Source: Cyanidioschyzon merolae
Lineage: Eukaryota
DNA: 64,000 nucleotides
Assembly: GCA_000091205.1 (NCBI GenBank)
Contig: AP006494.2
Direction: 5' to 3' (one strand)
This document shows, piece after piece, positions 32,936 through 41,232 of this stretch; within the stretch, counting starts at the first letter, position 1; every line of letters starts with the position of its first letter. The notes below the pieces were generated by a model that was not told the DNA's origin, made no database searches, and saw only the letters and a list, made by a program, of their open reading frames with translations. A program made the translations under genes and the position numbers.

Positions 32936-34261
32936 CCAAGAGCTGAACTCGGGAGCGCAGTATTCAGCGCGCCCGGAAAAAAATTGGTCGACACACAGAC
33001 CACGAACGCTGCCTTGACACCGGGAGCGTTGTGCACTCGTTTGTCGTCCCGTCACCCGCGTGATGTGCGGGTTCACGTTCGCTAGTGTCGACTCAAAGAC
33101 CCGAGCTGGATACTGGATCCTGAAGTCTGGACAGCGTGTTGCGTCTGGTGCGGGGTCCTCGGTAGGTGCAACCTTGCGCGAGGTCACCGGTGACCACGTG
33201 CGCTGTCCTCGTCAGTTGCAGCAGGCCGATAGTCCTCGACTCTCCAGGTCCAGCTGGAATGGCGCAAACTACCGATGCTGGGAACTACGGAGTTCTCGTT
33301 CCACAAACTTGATGCCGAGTGTCTGCAAATTCCGGTACGTTGTCAGGCGGTACTCGAAGTCGTGCTCACTTCCGTGACGAGACTGCTGCACACAGGCGGC
33401 GTCACCAAGGTGCACGCCTGATGGAATTGTCTCGCGCGCTGCAGCACACTCACCTCAATAAACGTCTTGTTCCCCGTTCTGTGCTCAGCAGTTGATCAAC
33501 GGAACGCCAGGTGTCGCCGACCCTTCCCTTGCCCGTAGATGGAAACACCCGCTACAAGCGCCATCACAGGCGCGTGTTCGCAGATATTCCCTGATCATCG
33601 CTGAGAGCGCGCATCGGCACGCGACGCCTCGGACTGGATTGCGCTTCCCGCGCAGTCGTCGAAAGCGGCGGCGGATGAGACGTGTGCCCGAATGGGTGCC
33701 GCGTGTGCCCGGCACCAGGGATGCGCAACGCGCGCCTGCACGGACTGGATCAGAGGCGGCTGGGGCACGGACGTGGACATCGGCCCTAACTGTACATTGT
33801 GGATCAAAAAGGTCAGCGTGCGTGCATGAGCATGGTGCGCGCTGTCCGAAAAGCGAGTCGCCCACAGGCGGATCAGAGAAGCGACAATGGCATCAAAGAT
33901 CCAAACCGAACATAACTGTATGTTGTAGGGCGAAACAGTCAGAGACCCTGATCGCTGTAGACACGACGATCTCACAGCAGCGATGGACGTCACGCGGCTG
34001 GTGCCAAGCGCCCGGACTGCCGATGCAGATGCGATCGCAGTCCGTCACGTGACAAACGCCCCGCATTCGGCCGCGCGTCGACGCTGACCCTTCTGGCATC
34101 GCTACACCTCAGAAGGGACAGGTATTCCGCTCGAGTGCCGCTGTACGCTAGGTCCGAGTGTATTGCGAAGCGGATATCCGTTGAGCTTTAGGCGACCTGC
34201 ACCACGACTCGCGTAACGATTGCGTGACGTCCTGACCCAGTAAAGAGCAGGCGCGCTCGTC

Positions 34262-35008
34262 ATGACAGAGAAAGCGTCGAAGAGGCAGAGCATCGCCGAA
34301 GCGCTGTTCGAACGGCGCCCGAAAAACTTTGGGATTGGTCAGAGTATCCAACCAAAGCGCGATCTTTCACGTTTTGTGCGCTGGCCGCGTTATGTTCGCC
34401 TCCAGCGACAGCGGAAAATCCTTCTTCAGAGGCTGAAGGTACCGCCGGCGATTGCCCAGTTCCAGAAAACTGCGGACAAGAACTTGACGGACTCGCTGTT
34501 CCGTCTACTAGAACGTTACCGGCCTGAGGAGAAAGTCGCCAAGCGACAACGCTTACAACAAGCCGCGGAGCGTGGTGAGACGAAACCTGACACCCCCAAG
34601 CCTATTTTCGTGAAGCACGGCGTCAACCATGTAACCGACTTGATCGAACAGAAAAAAGCCAAGCTCGTGATCATCGCGCACGACGTCGATCCAATCGAAT
34701 TGGTCATGTGGATGCCAGCACTCTGCCGCAAACTCGACATCCCCTACGTCATCGTGAAGGGCAAGGCGCGTCTGGGCGCACTGGTGCACTTGAAAACGGC
34801 GACGTGTCTGGCCGTCACCGGTGTCCACGACAGAGACCGCGCGGAGCTCTCGAAAATCATCGAAGTGTGCAAAATGCGCTTTAATGACCGATACGAAGAG
34901 ATTCGAAGGCAATGGGGTGGTGGTGTGCTCGGAATCAAAAGTACCCACAAGTTAGAGAAACGACGGCGGGCGCTAGCCATCGAGGAAGCGAAACGCGCCC
35001 AGGCGTGA
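34262..35008 (+). CDS. RPL7A: 60S ribosomal protein L7a (eL8)
   Basis: ATG at 34262, TGA at 35006. ERRPKNFGIGQSIQPKRDLSRFVRWPRYVRLQRQRKILLQRLKVPPAIAQF...KLVIIAHDVDPIELVMWMPALCRKLDIPYVIVKGKARLGALVH...NDRYEEIRRQWGGGVLG is collinear with eL8 over the full length. Confidence 0.93.
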   Translation: MTEKASKRQSIAEALFERRPKNFGIGQSIQPKRDLSRFVRWPRYVRLQRQRKILLQRLKVPPAIAQFQKTADKNLTDSLFRLLERYRPEEKVAKRQRLQQAAERGETKPDTPKPIFVKHGVNHVTDLIEQKKAKLVIIAHDVDPIELVMWMPALCRKLDIPYVIVKGKARLGALVHLKTATCLAVTGVHDRDRAELSKIIEVCKMRFNDRYEEIRRQWGGGVLGIKSTHKLEKRRRALAIEEAKRAQA

Positions 35009-35012
35009 ACGC

Positions 35013-38000
35013 TTAGGAGGTCAGCGTTCCCGCGTGAACTCGATCGAAAAAGGATCCCAGATCCTCTGCCTGAATGCCGTCCGCATACAACACCAAATCC
35101 ATGGTTAGTGAAGATGCTATCGACGCTGGTGCGTGCGACTCTATGCGCATATAAACACCATCCAGTGTAAGGAGGAGGGGGCTAGGCGCATTAGCGGGAC
35201 GCATGATGCCGACAGCGTAAAGCGTTTCTGTGAAAGGTTCTAAAGCCCGCAAAAGATCCATGAAAGCTGCCACATCGATTGGCATTGTTCGCTGGAGGTG
35301 GAGGCGGCGGAATAGCCTGCCTCTGTTCGCAGCCGCTGGACGGTGTGCATCGCCAGCAGGTGCAGCGTCCTGCATCGCCTGTGCGGTGAGGCGCGGCAGT
35401 ACACGCGAATCGGCATCATGAGTGGGAGCTGTTGTTGTTGTTGTTGTCGTCGTCGTCGTCGCTTCTGCTTCACGCAGCCAAGGTCGATTGCGCCTGCGTA
35501 CCCAGATTGCTGCAGGCTGCAGCCGGCCGTAGGGTGCACATATCACCCTGGCGTGCGGATTCCATCCACAGACGTGTTCCAGGATTTGCTGCAAACGCTC
35601 CGCAGGTACAACGTCCGACTTGGTAAATACGACTGTGTCCGCACTGGCGACAAGCTGCTGCTGGATATGGTCTTGCGACCGGAAACGGAGGCAATCCACC
35701 GCACACACAACAGCATCGACGCCGTCAAGCGGCTCGTCCGTCTCTAGGGCTAAGCGGAACGGACGCGGGTGCGATTCGAGACGGCTAGCGAGCGCTGCCT
35801 CGCTGACAGCTTCCAGCCGCTGGCGTTGCAGCAGAGTGCTCGGGCCTGGTGGCTCAAGTCGCCACGCCAGCAGGTCCTCGTGGGCGTTCAGCGCTCCAAC
35901 CAGCGAGGTTTTGCCCGCCCCTGGCAAGCCGCAGACTGCCAGAATACCCTCATTCGCGGGTAGTGGTTCAACATCTCCCGGAACAAGTATACGCTCGTTC
36001 TGTTCGCTGTTTGCTTCTGAACGCTTTGCTTCACCCGTGATGAGTATCCACGGCGGTGCGACTCGCGATGAAAGGCGCTCGACAAAAGAGGGCGGTTGAG
36101 CGGCTGGCGGGGTCTTTCCGCCGGCCCGTGTGCTGTCCGTGTTCGGTACTAGCGACTCGAAGGGGTCTTCAAACTCGCTCCAGGCTTCCGTAAAGACGAG
36201 CTCTTCGTCGCGTAGGAGACATTCATCCAACACTATCTGAATCCGCATCGCATCCAGATCTTCCCCGAGAAACACGATTTCACTGCAGCGATCGCCAAAG
36301 CGCTCATCCCATTGCAGCGGTCGCATTCTATCTTGCGAGTTCGGGGCGCTTGGCCACTGTTCCAGCGGTAGGGTAACGAGAAATCTTTGCCCACGTTTCA
36401 GGGTTATATTGTTTCCGACCTGGCTCCATTCGAGAAAACTGTCCATCCGATTTGCTAACCATAGTTTTCCGACAGAGCGCAAGACACCGTGGAAGGTGCT
36501 AATGTCACTGATCTTGTCAAATAGGCGACGCGGATGAAAAGGACGGTTCGCTCTGTAAAGAAAACTCGTCTCGGGTCGCACGGTTTCCGTGCTGAAGCCT
36601 CGCTCCCATGGTCGCGTTCCACTGTACAGCGTCGCGAGGAATTGCTCGTTGCTGAACCGCGAGTCCCAAATAGGTCGCGCGGTACCTGCTGCTGACGACA
36701 CCGCAGGAGCAGCGGGGTGCGTGGCACTGCCTCCGGTCGCTGCTCCGGGGCCCTTGGGTGCCGCTGCCTTTCCCGGATCATAACCTGCATCGGGTGCGGA
36801 GGCAGCGCCCCAGGATGCGGTGGCAGCTGTCGTCTCCTGTGACGCTGACGCCGCTGACGTCTCGGGTACCGTCGCTCTGGTGGCTGGCGTTGCAGCCGCT
36901 GTTGACGTGCCTACAGATGGTCCAGCCTTTGCTGAACTTTTTCCCGTACTCTGTGCTCTGTTCTCTGGCAATGCGGAACCGTATTTCTGGGAAGTTTTCG
37001 TCAGTTCCGTCGCAGCGAAAGAAGCAAGAACCCGGCGCCAGGTCGGCATCCAGAGCATCCGCTCCGGATCAAACGGTCGCTCGAGAATGCGCTCCAGGAG
37101 TGTTTGTGGCCATTCAGTATTCGCGTGCATGAGAATCACCTGAGCCTCGCAGTTCAAGAGTCGAAGATAACGAAGTAGGTTCTGGAAAGAGGGCGTCGGG
37201 GCTGTACGGACCTCGGGATCAGGACTTGCGTCCTGCGACTTGCGCATCGGCCGCACGTCCGCATCTGTCTCCCGACCAGGCATTTGTTGTTGGTTGTACA
37301 CGACGACAAGGTTCGCATACTCTATTTGATCCACCAGGAGCTGCACCAAATTATCAGCCTGTGCGTTACTTGCTGATCCCCGTTCCCGCTCCATAGCGGG
37401 TGGCCGTCGTGCTGACGCTCCATCGTTGTCGCCTGCACCTACATCTCCAGCTTCCACGCGCGATGCAGTTTTCTTCTCGTGCAGCAGCGTACCTCGGGAT
37501 GGACTTGAGCCGTCCCGCGAAGTCTCCACGGTATCGCTCGTCGCGAGCGCTTGGTCAGCGTCGTTGTGGCTGATTTCCAGTCCAGTCCCGCCAGTTATAC
37601 CCGTCGCTGTCGTTGGGATGCGTTCCGAAGCCGGCGACGTCTGCGCTGTATTCTCAGGGCTATACGCGACAGACGCCGTTTCTTGTTGTCGCAGCGTCGG
37701 TGCGAATACCTCCGCAGCCGCCGCTGCATCGATGACGCTCACGAGCGCAAGAAGCTGCAGCGGCCACTCAACATGCGCAAGACTGTCGGCGATGGCATAT
37801 GGCTCCTCTTTTTCAGGGCTGCAGACGATGAGGTAGTCCACACCGTACGCTGCCTGGACCTGAAACAGATTCACAGGGCTGGGTGCAGCTTCCACTGTTT
37901 GATCCGCAGCGCTCTGTACCGCGGACCCGCTTTGCGCCTGACTAGCTCTTGGCGTGCGAGCTCGTCGTCTCATCAACTGGTCAATTTTGGGTCCGAGCTC

Positions 38001-38930
38001 ATCCTGGTTCACACAGTTGTCGAGAACTTCAAAGTAGATATGGGTACCGATTAACGCGGAGCACAACGATGAAGGCAGAGATTCCGTGCACAGCGATGCA
38101 TTAACCAGCCAGCCAGCTTCATCCTCATCCCAGACGAGTCCCAGCCGAGTTGCGAGTGTTGCCGGCAAAAGCACGCCCACGCGCGGCGGGCGCTCCTCCG
38201 GCTGCGGCGATCGTTGCAGCAACTGCTCCAGCAACGTTCCTAAAAGTCGCAAACGCGCGATATCATCTAGCCCGCTGAGCACCACGGTGGGCACCGGTGT
38301 ACTTCGCAGCGTTCTCCGCTGTGTATCACTCTCCGCGGCCTGTGTGGGCTGACTTGTCTGTTGTGGTGGCCGTTGAGCAGCGCCCATGGCAGCTGCCTCT
38401 GCGCTCGCGTCTGGCGGGTCCGAACCCCCGCCGTCTGTAACATCAGCGCTCCACTGGAATGCAGGCAAAACGACCGCGAAGATCGTGCTAGTATTCCTCT
38501 GTAGAGCAACGTGGTGCAGAGAGCGACGCAGTGAGCGCTGGTTGAAAGCTACTGGTGCCGCTGCGAAAGAAGAGCGTGTTAGTGGGCGATGCTGAATGGG
38601 CCGCACCTCCCAGGCACGCCCTCGAGCATGCCTTGGGGTAAGCGTCCTCGGAACGCGACTGCTCCACTGCAATACCGTTCTTTTCTGTACTATCCTTTCC
38701 TGTGGGAATAGATATCCCGCATAAATGACTTGCCCCTGTAAAACAGGGGCGAACATGGGCAACATCAATGTACTCTTAGGGTCCTCTTCGTTTGCTGCGA
38801 ACCGGCGAGCGCTGGTGAAGCCAACCTTCATGCGCGCTCCGCGAAGCGCACTGCCGCGCACCGGTCGACGCGATCCGATGCTTTGTGTAACCGCAGGTGC
38901 TTCGAGGTGCTTTCTTACGAGGTGCTCCAT
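35013..38930 (-). CDS. Giant tandem COG0523/CobW-like (ZNG1/CBWD-family) protein: module 1 pseudo-GTPase plus CobW_C, module 2 P-loop GTPase plus divergent CobW_C, long low-complexity linkers
   Basis: Module 1: VPTVVLSGLDDIARLRLLG (P-loop lost), DYLIVCSPEKEEPYAIADSL, LQLLALVSVIDAAAAAE, QIEYANLVVVYNQQQM (NKxD lost), LLNCEAQVI, then CobW_C GKLWLANRMDSFLEW...CSEIVFLGEDLDAMRIQIVLDECLL. Module 2: ILAVCGLPGAGKTSLVGAL, LDGVDAVVCAVDCLRF, ADTVVFTKSDVV, WNPHARVI, C-terminal LVLYADGIQAEDLGSFFDRV. Neither module has a CxCC motif. The first in-frame ATG (38930) lies inside the 127-bp repeat; the next ATG is 38831. Confidence 0.65.
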   Translation of the reverse strand: MEHLVRKHLEAPAVTQSIGSRRPVRGSALRGARMKVGFTSARRFAANEEDPKSTLMLPMFAPVLQGQVIYAGYLFPQERIVQKRTVLQWSSRVPRTLTPRHARGRAWEVRPIQHRPLTRSSFAAAPVAFNQRSLRRSLHHVALQRNTSTIFAVVLPAFQWSADVTDGGGSDPPDASAEAAAMGAAQRPPQQTSQPTQAAESDTQRRTLRSTPVPTVVLSGLDDIARLRLLGTLLEQLLQRSPQPEERPPRVGVLLPATLATRLGLVWDEDEAGWLVNASLCTESLPSSLCSALIGTHIYFEVLDNCVNQDELGPKIDQLMRRRARTPRASQAQSGSAVQSAADQTVEAAPSPVNLFQVQAAYGVDYLIVCSPEKEEPYAIADSLAHVEWPLQLLALVSVIDAAAAAEVFAPTLRQQETASVAYSPENTAQTSPASERIPTTATGITGGTGLEISHNDADQALATSDTVETSRDGSSPSRGTLLHEKKTASRVEAGDVGAGDNDGASARRPPAMERERGSASNAQADNLVQLLVDQIEYANLVVVYNQQQMPGRETDADVRPMRKSQDASPDPEVRTAPTPSFQNLLRYLRLLNCEAQVILMHANTEWPQTLLERILERPFDPERMLWMPTWRRVLASFAATELTKTSQKYGSALPENRAQSTGKSSAKAGPSVGTSTAAATPATRATVPETSAASASQETTAATASWGAASAPDAGYDPGKAAAPKGPGAATGGSATHPAAPAVSSAAGTARPIWDSRFSNEQFLATLYSGTRPWERGFSTETVRPETSFLYRANRPFHPRRLFDKISDISTFHGVLRSVGKLWLANRMDSFLEWSQVGNNITLKRGQRFLVTLPLEQWPSAPNSQDRMRPLQWDERFGDRCSEIVFLGEDLDAMRIQIVLDECLLRDEELVFTEAWSEFEDPFESLVPNTDSTRAGGKTPPAAQPPSFVERLSSRVAPPWILITGEAKRSEANSEQNERILVPGDVEPLPANEGILAVCGLPGAGKTSLVGALNAHEDLLAWRLEPPGPSTLLQRQRLEAVSEAALASRLESHPRPFRLALETDEPLDGVDAVVCAVDCLRFRSQDHIQQQLVASADTVVFTKSDVVPAERLQQILEHVCGWNPHARVICAPYGRLQPAAIWVRRRNRPWLREAEATTTTTTTTTTAPTHDADSRVLPRLTAQAMQDAAPAGDAHRPAAANRGRLFRRLHLQRTMPIDVAAFMDLLRALEPFTETLYAVGIMRPANAPSPLLLTLDGVYMRIESHAPASIASSLTMDLVLYADGIQAEDLGSFFDRVHAGTLTS

Positions 38931-39510
38931 TTGCTAGAGCACATGTGATGCGGTGTATTTCCTTCATACGGTATGGAGGAAGCGGGTATTGAAAATGTTG
39001 TTGCGAAATGATTGCAACCGCAGGTGCTTCGAGGTGCTTTCTTACGAGGTGCTCCATTTGCTAGAGCACATGTGATGCGGTGTATTTCCTTCATACGGTA
39101 CGGAGGAAGCGGGTACTGAAAATGTTGTTGCGAAATGATTGCAACCGCAGGTGCTTCGAGGTGCTTTCTTACGAGTTGCTCCATTTGCTAGAGCACATGT
39201 GATGCGGTGTATTTCCTTCATACGGTACGGAGGAAGCGGGTACTGAAAATGTTGTTGCGAAATGATTGCAACCGCAGGTGCTTCGAGGTGCTTTCTTACG
39301 AGTTGCTCCATTTGCTAGAGCACATGTGATGCGGTGTATTTCCTTCATACGGTACGGAGGAAGCGGGTACTGAAAATGTTGTTGCGAAATGATTGCAACC
39401 GCAGGTGCTTCGAGGTGCTTTCTTACGAGTTGCTCCATTTGCTAGAGCACGTGTGATGCGGTGTATTTCCTTCATAGGATATGGAGGGAGCAGGTATTGA
39501 AAATACTGTT
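38889..39510. repeat. 127-bp tandem repeat, ~4.9 copies (array A), overlapping the 5' end of the CobW-like gene
   Basis: Unit starts 38889, 39016, 39143, 39270, 39397. Each unit contains CAGGTG, two further GAGGTGCT copies and the palindrome CACATGTG (CACGTGTG in the last copy). Each unit also starts an ATG ORF on the minus strand. Confidence 0.95.
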
Positions 39511-41232
39511 TCTAAATAAATAACATTTCGATCGCTCTTGGGTTCACGGAGACATCCTTGGACAGGGATACTTTTCGCGATTGATCGCAGTGTTTACAGA
39601 CGTCTTTCAAAATACATGACTTCCAATATCGACCGACTATCGCGTCAGCCACAAAGCACCGGAAAGTGTCACTGTGTGCATGTAGTGCATGGACCCCACG
39701 TCTCGCGTTAAGGACCCTGCTTATCCACTGGGCATTGAGTCGAGCACTCGCCCATTCGGAGGCCCAGTATACGCAGAGCAATGGCACATTCACTGCGAAC
39801 GCCGATGTTCGTAGCGCTCTGAGCACAGTGTCGGAGGCCCTTTCTGCCGATGCTCGGTGCCTCGACGACCTCCACAAGCACACAGGGCAATTGTGGAATC
39901 CCGCCTCGTCGGTGGAATATACGAGTCATTGCCATCTACAATCTGTTGCTGCATTCGCGAGCATATGAGAAGCCTATGCAAGCGGCATCTGTCTACGAGC
40001 AGAGGGCACTGGGCCCTGGACACTCGCTGGTGCAAGTTCTTCGACACGATGGCAACTTGTGCTTCGATGCGTCGTCTCCGGATCTCAGAACGCGCTCGCT
40101 GCGGACGCTTCGGGCAGCACTCCACACGTACTTAGCTGAGAATACGGCTTCAATGGTATGCGGGGTCGCTATATCGCCTTCATAGAACTCCGGGCTTCAA
40201 GTCACCGTGTTTATAAGCCCTAAAGAAATTGCTACAATGTTTTCGTTCGCACACCTCAGAGTATGCCAGTCTTTGCGGTGCGTCGTGTCCCGCACTGAGC
40301 GACGAATAGACCAACAACATGGAGATCTTGTACTCGTGTGTGTATGTACTTGGTACGTGCTTCTGAGGATCTAGTCCGAGTCACTGGCAGGAACGATATC
40401 GATAGAAGGCCAACACCATTTCGACTAAGCCAAGTAGAGTGTCACGAAAGAGAATCCTTCTGAACTGGAGACTCCTAGCCTGGCTACAGCCAATGTTGGG
40501 CGTTTCGTTCTTGGACGCAGCGCGCCTTATATGCCGGTAACGCATTCCCAACTGCATTACCGACTCTGAACCCGGAGCGTTTTATACTCCATAATGCAAA
40601 ACGCAAACGACAGCGCCACTCCAAACGGATGCAGCTCCGAAAAAGCGTGAGTTCCACGTACCGATTCTCATCTGGTATACAGCGACGCGCTCTGAACATC
40701 TCGCGGCGTACCCGAGTGGGTCCTTCGAATGACGATGACGATGCACTAGTCTTTAGACAGTCACAGGGACCTGTAGTAGAGCATCGCGCAAAACAGGAAG
40801 CGCTTTCCGAGCAGCACAAGAGTCGGCGATCCAGCCTGATCGAACGGGCCTCGGTAGCAAACGCCGGTTATGTCGATGACGATAGCCATCGCACCCGTAA
40901 TCATGGAAATCGTGGAAATCTCCTCTTCCGGACACTGTTTGCATTGCTCCATCAAAGCGAAACACCAGCTGATATGAATTGCTCTCGTGATGCGTGACGT
41001 GAACGCTCCTCTCGAGAGGCAGCACACATCCGGTGCAACCTCGAAAGCGTTCCGGCCGCTCTCAAGGCGGTGTTGTTAAGCAACCACCCGATCGTTGCGA
41101 TAGCGCGTATCCGCATACCGGTGTGCTTCTGTGGCCCGTCGAGAATCAATTCATGTGGACTGACGGTAGCTTCGGCGCGCAAGCTGTCGGGAAATCGGAC
41201 GCAAAGTTCGCGTTACCAAATCGATCACCGCT

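Noticed and set aside
38776-39438. Four overlapping 89-93-aa minus-strand ORFs (MEHLVRKHLEAPAV...)
   Set aside because: Each is one copy of the 127-bp tandem unit read in a shifting frame, not independent genes. Reported instead as a repeat array and possible uORFs.
38889-39510. Possible CRISPR-like array (regular repeats)
   Set aside because: Units are contiguous with no unique spacers, period 127 bp, and a eukaryotic gene context. This is a minisatellite, not CRISPR. The same applies to 44878..45513.
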